NCBI GenBank assembly: GCA_951406725.2
Contig: OX597821.1
Span: 81,158,001-81,222,000, forward strand
Direction of reading: 5' to 3'
Length of the DNA stretch: 64,000 bases
Source of the DNA: Octopus vulgaris
Taxonomy: Eukaryota
Shown here: positions 26,189-40,370 of the stretch, piece after piece
How the letters are laid out: every line of letters starts with the position of its first letter
Numbering within the stretch: position 1 is the first letter of the stretch
Program-made: the position numbers and the translations under genes
Notes under the pieces: model-generated
Database searches by the model: none
What the model saw: only the letters and a program-made list of their open reading frames with translations
Told to the model about the DNA's origin: nothing

Positions 26189-27800
26189 TGTTATAACAAT
26201 ACAAAATAGAAACAGTGGCAGTAACAAACACGTAACAAACCAATAATCTTTTACGAACCAACAATCAATATTTCCAACACACTAACTCGAACTGTGAACT
26301 ATACCTCTTTTCCGAAGACCAAACTATGAACTGCTGACTACATCAGACCACTACTATTTATATGTAGTAGTACCATCTATTCTCATCAGAGGGTATCATA
26401 CTCTCACCTCAACATCTCATCTTTTGAGATTTTGAGTTCGGGAAGAATGAAGAAATTTTATTTATCATTATTATTTTTTAGTACCTTTTCGCTTGGGTTT
26501 TATCTCGTGTTTCTCCTAGAAATGTGATGTCTGTACACATTTTGCCCTTAAAATGTAATTTATCACCTGTCATGCCATGCACAATTTTCACTGTTTCCTG
26601 ATTTTTCTCCATGTATCCACATTTATGATTGAAATATCATTATCCATATCCAACTGTAGTTTAATATTTACACCATATATTTTTACATGTACGAATGTTT
26701 CTTGTTTTTGTGTGGTATTCACTTTCTGCTGAAAACTCCTTAGAACTTTTTGCGTTCGACCCTTGTAATTTTGTCCTGCATGTGAGCTCTTGTGACCTAG
26801 TTTCTGGCAACTTTAGCATTTTTGGTTTTTAAATGGATTCTCTTTTCTGAAGTGTAGGCCTCCATATCCGTAATATGGATTGAGGCCTGGCACTTTTTTT
26901 TGGTTGTACTCTCTGGGTCGACACATCTGTATTTTTATGGAATCTATCTCTTGAATTTTTTTCATGTTGTGCTTCAGGTTTACCATTGTTTTACATTCTT
27001 CTGCAATGATCTGTGGAATTAAGGCCTGGTTTGCTTGCTGCATTTTTGAGAGAATCCTTGCCCGAATTTCCCTGTCTTTGGTTGCTGTAAGGCCTTGTAC
27101 AAAAATAAGGGATTTAAACATATCCTGAGTGAGGTCCTGTAGCTTGAAAGTTTTCACACATACATTCTACTATTCTGGCAGGTGTAATAAAGTGATCATC
27201 ATCATTTTTTGTTAAGTTCCAACACTCCATTTGAGTGTTAAATAATGAACTTTTGTCACAAAATCTTTTATAGTAATTTAATAGTTTCTTGGAAAGTAAT
27301 CTCACTCAACTTTTTGGGCAATATAAAGTTACAGTAGCATTCATGCTCGGCCAGAGCTACCTTGCATAGTAATAACCCTGCATAGTACAAACCTTGCTTT
27401 CTTTTCATCTGACCATGACTTGCAATCTTTGTTAAAAATTTCCTAGTACCTTCCATTGTACACAGGCAACATAATACCCTCCTCCAGATTATAAGTGAAT
27501 TTAGAATTCAAGTTTGCCACACCATCTGGCATAAATGAATTTACTGAATTTTCAGACTTCCTTGATTGTAACCCAATTAACTATTGATGTTGTAATATTT
27601 GTTAAAACTCTTTTTGTTATTTTCATAACTTGGGCTGTCAATCTGATTCCTCTGCAGTTGCTTCTTTCTGGAGTATATCCTCTGCCATTATGGCAGTTGA
27701 TGATTATATTACAATGACAGTTGTTGGGTATGACACCATTCTCGATTACTAGGTTGACTATGTGAGTAACTAGCTTGAACTCTCCTTTGCCAACCTTTGC
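26189..27800 (-). mobile_element. Gypsy LTR retrotransposon remnant: gag/protease fragments and candidate 3' LTR (26189-26414)
   Basis: FKLQDLTQDMFKSLIFVQGLTATKDREIRARIL (gag-like) and KLQLDMDNDISIIN (degenerate LDTGSD protease). tgtt...aaca-bounded 226-bp segment is preceded on the minus strand by purine tract aaaagatgaga. Confidence 0.65.
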
Positions 27801-29395
27801 AGTGCTTCAGTACCTATCTCTGATAGACCAACTCTTTTCTGTGTCTTTATATTCGTTATAGCCATTTTGACCATGTCACTGCTGTTGGGTTTATTTAGGA
27901 GTTCATTTTCTTTCCACACATTTTACTCTTGTAGTAACATTACTAGACCTCTTTCTTCCCAGTATCGGTGAGGACCACAGTCATTTTGAACAAACTTTTC
28001 TCCAGAAGCACTTTGAGTCACTCTAATTTATAATCCTGAACATCTCTTGCTTCTGATCTTTTCAACACATGATATAAGCAAACCTCTGGATTTTAGCTTC
28101 TCTCTATGCTGAATCCAACATTTAACTTGTATTCTACCTACTTGACTAGCAAGCTTACTTGCTATGCCAAACTCAATGCAACTAATAATGACTAATCAAC
28201 AAATTTTATTAATTTTATTAAACATTGTTTAACTTCAATCCTTTGTTCTTTTTGAAAACATGCAAACTTAAATCATAAAATATAGAATTATGCAACTAAT
28301 CCCCACTCCCTAAAATTACTGGCCTTGTGCCAAAACTTGAAACCATTTTTATTACTATTATCTTAATGCAATTTATTGTGATATTACTATCTGGTTTATC
28401 AGGGTGGTACAGACGGTAACATGCTGAGTAGTAATTAATTTCATTGGTTAATGGCCAAGCTCAAATTCTGCTTGTTAGCTTTGACATTACATTTTATCCC
28501 ACTGTTGGTCTGCAGGAAATATTTACTATATTCAGTTCAATAGACTATAGCTGCCCAACAGATCATCTGTGTGTGTGTGTGTGTGTGAGTGTACAAATTA
28601 TATTATGCAATAGAAATTTATACAGGGTCAAGGGGTCACCAACTGACCTGGTACAACAAAACCCAAGTAACAGGATGGGCAGAGATGGCAACAACTTCAC
28701 TTTTCAATTAGTATATAGGATTTTGTTCTTTACTGTCCATTTTCTTTCTTTCTTTCTAGGTTTGTCTTTTAGCATAATACTATTCATCTCATTTGAACCA
28801 GGGTTCTGGTCTATATTTCTCAGCAAGGTAACTCAAAGAAACTTATGGTCTTTCTCTTTTTTACAGGTTTTCACCAATTCCATTTTTTCCATCATATGCC
28901 TCACCTTGGATAGAACGCCTTGCTGTATTTGTTCTGGCTCTCTGCATTCTGAGTTCAAACTCACTGTGGTTTATTTTGTATATTGTCCTTTCAAATTTGA
29001 TAAATAAAATACCAGTCCCCTATTTGTGGATAAGATTCTTGGCTCTTTCTTGTTTTCTTTCTGGAAGAAACCCACTGTGTTCTGACCTGGAATGGGATGG
29101 GCTCTGCCAAGTTTAAAAGGTCTAAGACACAAAAACACCACAAGTACTTCATAAAGTGGTGAGGGTACCTTGAAGGTACAAGGAATGAGGCACACACACT
29201 CACATCTTTTAAATTTGTTTACAGGAAACATTTTGAATATGCAAATAAAGTTCCTATTCCATTATTCCATTATGCTAGCTACAGTCTAATGAGGCTGACA
29301 GGTTGGGTTGCACTGAGCTGTTATTATTACTATATATATTTATATATATATATATATTATCAATAATAATAAAGGGTAAAATTAATTAATCAATT

Positions 29396-29652
29396 ATGTG
29401 CCGGTGGCACGTAAAAAGCACCATCCGATCGTGGCCGTTTGCCAGCCTCATCTGGCACCTGTGCAGGTGGCACATAAAAAGCACCCACTACACTCTCGGA
29501 GTGGTTGGCGTTAGGAAGGGCATCCAGCTCTAGAAACACTGCCAGATGAGACTGGGCCTGGCGCAGCCTCCTGGCTTCCCAGACCCCAGTTGAACCGTCC
29601 AACCCATGCTAGCATGGAAAACGGACGTTAAACGATGATGATGATGATGATG
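29396..29652 (+). mobile_element. Young 5'-truncated RTE 3' UTR copy
   Basis: CpG-intact copy with a long (GAT)n tail; imperfect aattaat(c)aatta duplication at the flanks. Confidence 0.8.
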
Positions 29653-29740
29653 AATTAATAATTAATAATTTTACCAAGTAGTTCGGTATGTTAAATGAAC
29701 CCTTATCAGTAACCTTATACAAAAATTCTATAATTATAAG

Positions 29741-30024
29741 CATAATTATAATTAGGGTTCAGCAAAAATGGCTTCACCATGTACCGAAATTTAGAAATAG
29801 CAGTTAAATATTATTCCACTACTATAAGATATCTCTCAGACAGTAATACTCTCAACTCATGCAGGTAAAGCTGGGTGGATTCGATATTTTTTCTCTTTAC
29901 CTGTGTGAGTTGAGAGTATTACTGTCTGGGGGATATCTTATGGTAGTGGAATAGTATTTAACTGCTATTTCTAAATTTCGGTATGTGGTGAAGCAAATTC
30001 TGCTGAACCTTAATTATAATTATG
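29741..30024. repeat. Long inverted repeat: 130-bp ungapped arms, 24-nt loop
   Basis: 29741-29870 versus reverse complement of 29895-30024: 12 mismatches and no gaps by manual alignment. Confidence 0.9.
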
Positions 30025-30061
30025 GAATTAAAAAATTTTCTTTTTATATATATACATGTTT

Positions 30062-30385
30062 AGAGCACTCCATCGGTTACGAAGATGAGGGTCCCAGTTG
30101 ATCCGATCAATGGAACAGCTTGCTCATGAAATTAACGTGCAAGTGGCTGAGCAATCCACAGACACGTGTACCCTTGATATAGTTTGCAAGGAGAATCAGC
30201 GTGACACAAAGTGTGACAAGGCTGGCCTTTTGAAATACAAGTACGCCTCATTTTTGCCAGCTGAGTAGACTGGACCAACGTGAAATAAAGTGTCTTGCTC
30301 AAGGACACAATGCGTCGCTGAGAATCGAACTCACAACCTTATGATCATGAGGTGAATGCCTTAACCACTAAGCCACACGCCCTCA
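30062..30385 (-). mobile_element. SINE family C, full length
   Basis: Reverse copy of 23345-23667. Confidence 0.8.
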
Positions 30386-30387
30386 CA

Positions 30388-30443
<56 letters not shown>

Positions 30444-30530
30444 GTAGGTCCCGGGTTGAGTCGGGGTTAACCACAGTAAATAAGGTACTCAATACATAGC
30501 AGAGTAAATTAATTTATTTTATAGAAGGAG

Positions 30531-30578
30531 CTTCTACAGGACTAGAACTGTTTCATTCAAATGAAATCATCAGGAAAT
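30531..30578 (-). ncRNA. Type I hammerhead ribozyme motif
   Basis: Minus strand: ttc-CTGATGA-tttcatttgaat-GAA-ACAG-ttctagtc-CTGT-A-gaag. Intact CUGAUGA/GAAA core, GUA triplet, 4-bp helix III, 3-bp helices I and II. Confidence 0.6.
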
Positions 30579-30579
30579 A

Positions 30580-31545
<966 letters not shown>

Positions 31546-31914
31546 ATTAACTGTAAATATTAACTATAAAACATAAAAAAAGAGAATGCATTCCAGTTGA
31601 TTATAAAAATGCAAATTGAATGCATATGGAATTCCGTAAGTGATTACCATTTTGACGTTAGGTGCAATTCCTGTTGCCTTTCAATATAAATATAAATATA
31701 CTAATGTATAGCACTATTAATTCCATGAAGCATGAGTTTAGTTCCACAATTAATTAATTAATTATAATAGTATGAAAGCGGAAAAGTATTCTGCCTTTAT
31801 TAAATGTTATTTCAAAGATTGTGCCAAATTTATTATATGGGCATGTATATATATATAACCAATTGCATGTGTGTGTGTGTGTGTGTGCTTGTCTATGCAA
31901 AACTGATTGTATCT

Positions 31915-32009
31915 TTTATTTATTACTTGTTTCATTCATTAAAGTCTGGCCATACTGGGGCACTGCCTTGAAGTGAAGTGTTTTTCTCAAACAAACCAGC
32001 CCCATTCCT

Positions 32010-32046
<37 letters not shown>

Positions 32047-32067
32047 CATATATATATATTATATATA

Positions 32068-32116
<49 letters not shown>

Positions 32117-32340
32117 TATATATGTATGTATGTGTATATATAAATGTGTATACACACACACACACATGTATACATTTATGCACAACATGCTTCTTTCAGT
32201 TTCCATCTATCAAATCCACTCGCAAAGCTTTGGTTGGCTCGAGGCCATAGTAGAAGACACTTGCTGAAGGTACCACGCAGTGGGACTGAGCTAGGAACCA
32301 TGCAGTAGGAAGCAAGCTACCACATACCACACAGCCATAT
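31915..32340 (-). mobile_element. SINE family A with expanded internal microsatellite
   Basis: tacttgtttcattc...ggccatactggggcac and cttctttcagtttccatctatcaaatccactc... Confidence 0.7.
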
Positions 32341-32353
32341 GTATATATATATA

Positions 32354-33085
32354 TCATTATCATCATCGTTTAATGTCCGCTTTCCATGCTAGCATGGGTT
32401 GGACGACATGACTGAGGACAGGCGAACCAGATGGCTGCACCAGATGGCAAGGTTTCTACAGCTAGATACCCTTCCTAACACTAACCACTCTGAGAGTGTA
32501 GTAGGTGCTTTTATGTGCCACCGACACGAGGGCCAGTTAGGCGGTACTGGCAACGGCCATGTCCAAATGGTATTTTTTATGTGTCACCTGCACAGGAGCC
32601 AGTCCAGTGGCACTGGCAACGATCTCACTCAAATGTTTTTCCACGTGCCACCGGAACAAGTACCAGTAAGGTGACGCTGGTAATGATCACGCTCGCATGG
32701 TGCTACGGAAGCCAGTCAGCTGCTCTGGCAACAATCACACTCGGATGGTGCTCTTAGCACTCCACTAGCACAGATGCCAGTCATCGATTTTGATTTTGAT
32801 TTCACTTGCCTCAACAGGTCTTCGCAAGTAGAGTTTAGTGTCCAATGAAGGAAAGGTACGCATAAGTGTGCTGGTTACTCCCCTGGCATAGGCCATGAGG
32901 TTATGGTCTCACTTGGCTTGCTGGGTTTTCTCATGCACAGCATATTTCCAAAAGTTTCAGCCACCAGACATTGCCTCAGTGAGGCCTAATGTTCGAAGGT
33001 CGTGCTTCACCACTTCATCCCAGTTCTTCATGGGTCTACCTCTTCCACAGGTACCCTCAACCGCTAGGGTATGGCATTTTTTCAC
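32354..33085 (-). mobile_element. RTE LINE 3' end (ORF tail plus UTR)
   Basis: Minus-strand TCGRGRPMKNWDEVVKHDLRTLGLTEAM and the same UTR as 858-1520. Confidence 0.85.
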
Positions 33086-33749
33086 ACACACACATATAGA
33101 CACACACAAGTTAGCATGAGTTTTGTGTGTGTGTGCATGCGAGCACTCGTGTGTGTATATATGTTTGTTTGTCCCTCACTCAGTGCTTGACAACAGGTGT
33201 TGGTTTGTTTATGTCCCCATAAATTAGCCTGTTTGGCAAAAGAGCCTACTAGAATAAGTACAATACTTACAAATACGGGTCAGTTAGTTCAAAACGGTGC
33301 TCCAGCATGGCCAGAGTCTAATGACTGAAACAAGTGAAAGATAAGAGAGGAAGGTTTCCTTGATAATTACGAAACTGCAGATTTCTAATAGATGCGAATT
33401 GAGATGATCCGATGTTCATGCTTTATCAAAGTAATCGGGATGTAAGTCAAGGGGAACAGCTGCAACCAGGAATTGAAACCATCCACTGAACCTTACATTG
33501 GTGTTCCATTGTTTTGCTTTGAATTTCTTCAGTTATTCATTTTGTCTTGCATCCTTTGGGGATTGGTAAAATGGATAAGCTTCATGGTGAAAAGAAAGAA
33601 AGAAAGAATGAATGAAAGAAAAAGAGGGAGAAAGAAAGAAAAAACTCGCTCAATTTCTGTGAACATTTCTGGGAAAATAATGACGCTTGTTATATATACA
33701 TGTAAAACGCATGACATCTCCTTTAATAATAATAATATTGAGCGTATTG

Positions 33750-34075
33750 TAAGGCGGCGAGCTGGCAGAACCGTTAGCACGCCGGGCGAAATGCATAGCC
33801 GTATTTCGTCTGCCGTTACGTTCTGAGGTCGATTAAATAAGTACCAGTTACCCACTGGGTCGATATAATCCGTTTGTCTGTCCTTGTTTGTCCCCTCTGT
33901 GTTTAGCCCCTTGTGGGTAGTAAAGAAATAGGTATTTCGTACGCCGCTACGTTCTGAGTTCAAATTTCGCCTTTCATCTTTTGGGGTCGATGAATTAAGT
34001 ACCAGTTGCATATTAGGGTCGACATAATCGACTGGCTCCAAACCCCAAAATTTCGGGCCTTGGGCCTCGAGTAGA
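33750..34075 (+). mobile_element. Two rearranged or tandem SINE family B copies
   Basis: ggcggcgagctggcagaaccgttagcacgccggg head; gtatttcgt...ttctgag and taagtaccagtt segments each occur twice. Confidence 0.7.
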
Positions 34076-34299
34076 AATGAATATTGAAAAGCATTGTTTA
34101 TAGCTCAAGGGAGATAATTCGTAAAAATAAGAAAACGTTTTGATGGGATTTTAGCAATTTAGGTTTCAGACGGAAATTTTCTGTGATTCTCTGATAACAT
34201 CGTTTCGGAAAATAAAATAATAATAATGATAATAAAAAAAACCGGTAAGACAACAAAGAAGTCTCTATGTTCGACCTGTTAGAAATAACAGCAAAAAAT

Positions 34300-34530
34300 C
34301 TTTATATACAAAACAACACAGCTCCCATGACTTTCGGAAACATTCTTTCACGCTCAGAGTTGCTGAAGCATTGAATAAACTGCCTGCGTCAGTTGTTGAC
34401 TGCCATGACACTGCATCCTTTAAGGCCCTCATGCTTTCCGAAATCCGTCGAAACTACACCTGATTATATATACACTTTAGATGAGTTGTAGTGCACCTGA
34501 GCACTGTACACAATTATTATTACTATTATA
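34300..34530 (+). mobile_element. CR1-type LINE 3' tail
   Basis: RKHSFTLRVAEA.NKLPASVVDCHDTASFK (F..RV...WN.LP..VV) with an (ATT)n tail. Confidence 0.65.
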
Positions 34531-34751
34531 CCCTAACCCTATTATAAGGAAGAATACAGTGACGTATATATTGTCCATCTCTGGACAGGACATTCGTTTG
34601 TCAGAGGATTACTCATTTTTGTCAGGTGAGTGGACTGGAGCAATGTGAAATGAAGTGTCTTGCTCAAGAACACAACACATCACCTGGTCCAGGAATCGAA
34701 ACCGCAATCCTATGACCATGAGTGTAATATCCTAACCACTAACATGCGCCT

Positions 34752-34766
34752 CCACACATACACACT

Positions 34767-34814
<48 letters not shown>

Positions 34815-35026
34815 TACATACATTCATACATACATACATACATACATACATACATACATACATACATACACACATACATACATACATACATACACACATA
34901 CATACACACATACATACATTCATACATACATACATACATACATACATACATACATACATACACACATACATACATACATACATTCATACATACATACATA
35001 CACACATACATACATACATACATGCA

Positions 35027-35060
<34 letters not shown>

Positions 35061-35126
35061 CATACATATATACATATATACAAACATGCATACATACATA
35101 CCTACCTACATACATACATACATACA

Positions 35127-35160
<34 letters not shown>

Positions 35161-35262
35161 CATATATACATACATATATACATATATACATACATGCATG
35201 CATACATACATACATACATACATACATACATACATACATACATACATACATACATACATACA
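34752..35262. repeat. (CA)n then (TACA)n microsatellite
   Basis: Direct inspection. Confidence 0.95.
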
Positions 35263-36087
35263 TTGCCGGATTAAGATTCATCGAGGCCCGCAGTACTTAA
35301 AAGATTTTGGTGCCTCCATAAAAGATTATGTAATTCAAAATATAAACAGTAACAAAACATTCAATAAATTTTTATTTTTCAAAATGAAAGAAAACAGTAA
35401 GAGGGAAAATAATGTTTATTTTTGCATATTTCCACTTTATTTGTATTTGAAAAGTTTCCTCCTACTTTTCTGAATTGCGAAGTCTTTGATCAGATCCCCA
35501 AAATTAATCTTAGGTAACACATCTGCTTCTATACTTTGTAGAGATAAAGGCATTCCAAATATTATTTTAGCAAGTTTAAAGTGATTTTTTTTGTGCTGTA
35601 AACCATTTACCATTTCTGTGGTGCCCCCTCCTCCTTCCCTTGATGCCCTAAGCACGTGCTTATTTTGCTTAATATATACATACATTATACTCCCCAACAC
35701 TTATATGTTGTTTCTGTTGCTAAAAACGTATTCTTACCCAATCTACCTGCTATTTATAATACTGGTGACTGATTAGTCACTATTTCATTGAATATCAGTT
35801 AGGACGAACTCTGGCTATCATACGATAATAGTGGATACCTGTGATTGATGATGCAAACATGTAGAAATCATCTGATCTAACTGTTTCCCCGCCATTTTTC
35901 GTCTGCTACTGATACTTATGAAATATTCTTAGCACTATACATCTATACGAGATGCTTTCTCAAGTCAAATGCCACAGTATTTAACGTTCTTACAGTATAT
36001 CCTCATGAAGTTTTATATATACATATATATACCATCAGTTCATATATGAAAAACAGAAGCACACTCTAAAGGGTAGAGCAGTAATGT

Positions 36088-37184
36088 ATTTATAGGAAGT
36101 TAAATATATGTCCGGTCATAGAGTGACCAATGGTTTCTCATTCATAAAGCGCTTAACTTAACAGACAGCTCACCAGACTCCACTGGTCGCAGGCATGTAC
36201 CCGCTCTTGGAACTGGGGGTATGAAAACCGTTACGGTCAGTTATTTTGTAAACAAAAGAATATTATACAGGCGCAGGAGTGGCTGTGTGGTAAGTAGCTT
36301 GCTAACCAACCACATGGTTCCGGGTTCAGTCCCACTGCGTGGTATCTTGGGCAAGTGTCTTCTGCTATAGCCCCGGGCCGACCAATGCCTTGTGAGTGGA
36401 TTTGGTAGACGGAAACTGAAAGAAGCCTGTCGTATATATGTATGTGTGCGTGTGTGTCTATGTTTGTTCCCCTAGCCTTGCTTGACAACCGATGCTAGTG
36501 TGTTTACGTCCCCGTCAGTTAGCGGTTCGGCAAAGAGACCGATAGAATAAGTACTGGGCTTACAAAGAATAAGTCCTGGGTCGATTTGCTCGACTAAAGG
36601 TGGTGCTCCAGCATGGCCGCAGTCAAATGACTGAAACAAGTAAAAAAGTAAGAGTATACATTGTCTGAACTTTAAACGGGACGGGTTATCGCCCTTCGAT
36701 GGGTTTGGTCAGCAAATCTGATGGACCGAAAGGACAAATGAGGAATCTCCGTCCCGAGATTGGTTCCGGTCCGCAAATATTCTATACAGCCCTAATCGAC
36801 GAATGGGTAATACCACGCCTGCAGCAAGTAGCGCTGGAAATACAGGTAGAAACTATATATATCTCGTGTCTTGAATTCAAGAGAATTTTCGGGTCAATAG
36901 AGCCTTTAAGGATTCTATCCCGCTCTTCTATGCAAAACTTGCACAGATTTACTGACCAAACCCATCTAAGGGCAACAACCTGTCCCGTTTATAGTTCAGA
37001 CAGTGTATAATATTCTTTTGTTGACAAATTAACTGACCGAAACGGTTTTCTTACCCCCATTTCGAAGAGAGGGTATATGCCCGTGGTTATTGGAGCCTGA
37101 CGAGCCATCTGTAAAGCTAAGCGCCTTATGGATGCGAAACCATTGGTCACTTATGACTAGACATATATTTAACTTCATATAAAT
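36088..37184. mobile_element. Foldback/long-TIR element (~240-bp arms) interrupted by a SINE
   Basis: 36088-36269 plus 36661-36720 are the diverged reverse complement of 36944-37184. Confidence 0.8.
36270..36654 (+). mobile_element. SINE family A, full-length young copy
   Basis: ggcgcaggagtggctgtgtggtaag (A-box), gggttcagtccc (B-box), cttgggcaagtgtcttc CORE-like block; tataca TSD at 36264-36269 and 36655-36660. Confidence 0.9.
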
Positions 37185-38607
37185 GAACTAGCAGCTAAGC
37201 CCGGTCCCCCGCGGTCTGTTTGGATGATGTGGCTGTGATCGTTTTCTGTTAGGTATAATCTATAACAGCGTTTCTCAACCTTATCATTTCGGGTTTTCTG
37301 TTTCGATTGGAGCCTCCAGCTGTATGAAAATTTCCTGACTCCCCCACCTTGTCAGAAAACAGCTTCAGGAGTTGTGAATAATGAATTTGTACATAGTCTG
37401 TTTCTGAGAGCTATTCTATTGGACCTCTGTCCAATCATTAAAACATTGATTTAATTATGAACATAGAAAGAAATTATACATTAATCCCTATTTTTGTAAG
37501 CAGTTGTATCCGTAAAAATGTGGTTTGCAGAGAGCAGAAATTGAAAGAAGATATATGAAATGGACGTGTGTGTGTGTGTGTGTGTGATAAAGGAACTTTT
37601 CTAACCATCTTGTATAATATACAATGTAAATTTAAGATATGATCTTCTTTTGTATAATACTATACTAGAGAGGCTAATATTTATGATGTGGTTAGAACTT
37701 CGGCTCACAATCATGAGGTAGTGAGGTCGATTCTTGGACCTGGCTGTATGTGTGTTGTGTTCTGGAGCAAAACACTTTATTTCATGTTGTAGAAATGTGC
37801 TGCGACGTCCCTGGCGCCAAGCTGTATCGACCTTTTCCTTTCTCTTGGATAACATCGATGGCGTGGAGAGGAGAGGCTGGTATGTATGGGCGACTGCTGG
37901 TCTTCCTTAAACAACATTGCTCGGACAGCATTGCCTCGGAGAGGAACTTTCTAGGTGCAAATCCCACGGTCATTCATGACCGAAGTGGGGGGGGGGGGTC
38001 TTTACTCCCTTATTTTTTTTAAAGGTTAATATTTATGCTATTATAATATTTATGACAGATATGTTTAAAATAAATATCGTGGCTGATACGAATTTATGTT
38101 TAACAGTAAGTTACTTTTAGATGGAAGTTGCTTTAGTAAGCTTTAGTAAGGTATGTTGTTAGGAAATATCTTATGTAACTTCCAATTCCAGCAACAAAGA
38201 AAGTCAGTTAACGATAATGAAATAAAGAGGCAAGTTTTTTTTTTTTTTTAGTTTCCTGAAATTTTGTTATGAGGATGATTAAAATATATTAAGTCAGATT
38301 ATGTAAGGCAAGAAATATATTTTTACAAGTTTACAGTTGATACAAAAGACTGTTTAGAAAGCTTGAGATCGAAAAGTAAATTGTATGCCTTGTGTGCGTG
38401 TGTGTGTTCACCCCCACCACCTGACAACCAGTGATATATGTGCCTGTAACTTAGAGGTTCGATAAAACAAACGGATAGAATGAGTACAAACAGACAAAAG
38501 AAGCTGTTTTGAGATGCCAATAGTAAATAGGTAATGTAAGGGAGATAATTCCAGGTAAGACATCAAGGGGAATAATTCTGAAATTGAAATGCGGACATTG
38601 TTTGATA

Positions 38608-39113
38608 TCTATATATATAAAACTCTAGTTGTGTGAGTGTCTGTCCCCTTCGATTTAGATTCCTAACTCCTCCCACATTTTGCGGTGCAGTTTAACCAAA
38701 TTCGGGTATCTTATAGTCGTGATTCATATCGAGCCCGTCTGACTATTAGCGCGCGTCAACGATGAGTCTACGATTTTAAAAATAATTTAACATCATTTTT
38801 TATTCCATTTTAATGCATAAAATGCATCGTATGTCGATGGTGGCGGAGTTGGCGTCCACGCTCACAGCTGCACCTGTTTGCTTCTCCCCCTTCCCTCCCT
38901 CGTGAAGCTGTGGGGAAGGGAGTGTAAAGAAATCAACGTCGTAATGCGTTGTGAAGGAAACCAGCGTTCTTTTAGAACAACGACTTCATGGCTTGAAGAC
39001 ACCAAAATAAAAATGGCTAAGAAAGCCCGAATTTATAAGGGAAGTAACTCTCTAAAAATGCTTATATAGTTATTTCCCTTACAAACCCGAGCAACGCCGG
39101 GCGATACTGCTAG
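38608..39113 (+). mobile_element. Non-autonomous Helitron 1
   Basis: A|TCtatatatataaaa 5' end, cccgagcaacgccggg subterminal hairpin, CTAG|T 3' end, no TSD. Confidence 0.85.
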
Positions 39114-39582
39114 TCTTAATATAAATTTGAGTGATGTTCTCTGTTCTTTATGTTTTTACGTTCATTAACACCTCCTAGACCGTTGAAGGGGGGTTTATTT
39201 TTTTAAGGGTTCCTAATTGGAATCCCACTGACCCCCTATTTTTACTGCATATAAATACATTATATTGGCGACCAAATCGGAGCAATGACAGTGAATTTCA
39301 TATCACGAACTCCCAGGGAGTATTGTAAAGAGGTTCAATTTCTGAAGGGGCCGCTTAAATGGGGACCCACTGGCCCCTCCCCTATTTTTACTGCATTTAC
39401 CTCGCTCCTACGATTATTGATTAAACTATGAGCAGCATCAGTACCTAACACATTTGCAGAAATAAGTTTCATTACAAAAGCTTAGAGGGCCGCGAAGTGG
39501 CCCGATATTGGGTCGAAGGTCTGAAAGGTACCCTCCGCAGGAGGCAGCGTGAATGCCACCCGAAGGGTGACTTCAAGGCTAG
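39114..39582 (+). mobile_element. Non-autonomous Helitron 2 (different family), abutting Helitron 1
   Basis: TCttaatataaa start, gccaccc-gaa-gggtgac hairpin (39555-39571), CTAG|T end. Confidence 0.65.
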
Positions 39583-40319
39583 TATGATATATTTCCTTTT
39601 GGTAGCGATCTGGCAGAATGCTTATCACACCGGACGAAATGCTCAGCAGTATTTCGTCCGTCTTTACGTTCTGAGTTCAAATTCTGCCAAGGTCGACTTT
39701 CTTTTGATGTCGGTAAAATAAGTATCAGTGATCGACTTAATCCTTCTCGCGAAATTGCTGGCCTTGTGCCAAAATTTGAAACCAAAATTACATTTTTCTC
39801 ATGATAATCTGAAATTGTTAAGCACTCAGTATTAATGACATTGACAGAATTGGTGGATGAACGGAAGAAAATACCTTTTGGTATTTAATTAGTTCTTTAC
39901 GCTCTGCTTATGAATCCCAATGTCGATTTTGAACTACTGTAATCTCTCTCCTCAAATGTGAGGCAGTGTGCCTACGACAGCAGTCAATATTCTGAAAATA
40001 CGATACCTTCATAATTATTTATACACTCGACTGTGTATGCTGAAAGAGTGCTCATGTATGCCAAGATGATAAGGCATGTGAGGATGTCCAGTAATACAGA
40101 TACCAAAACACTGCTGCTGCTGGTGTTGATGATGATGATGATGATGATGATGATACAATGAAAGTTTTCGAAGACACACGATAATTATGGTTTCTGATTT
40201 AGGCATAAGGCCAAGAAGCAGAATAGTCATAAACTGAAGTGACGCAAGTATAATGCTGGTATGGTAATGAATATGAAAGTATAGCAACTAATTCCGGAAT
40301 ATGATCTGTAATTCCTTTG

Positions 40320-40370
<51 letters not shown>

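Noticed and set aside
28444-29231. 187-aa hydrophobic ORF with apparent acceptors at 28759 and 28866
   Set aside because: 28905-29020 is a decayed SINE B copy, the implied intron would be only 39 nt, and there is no recognisable domain.
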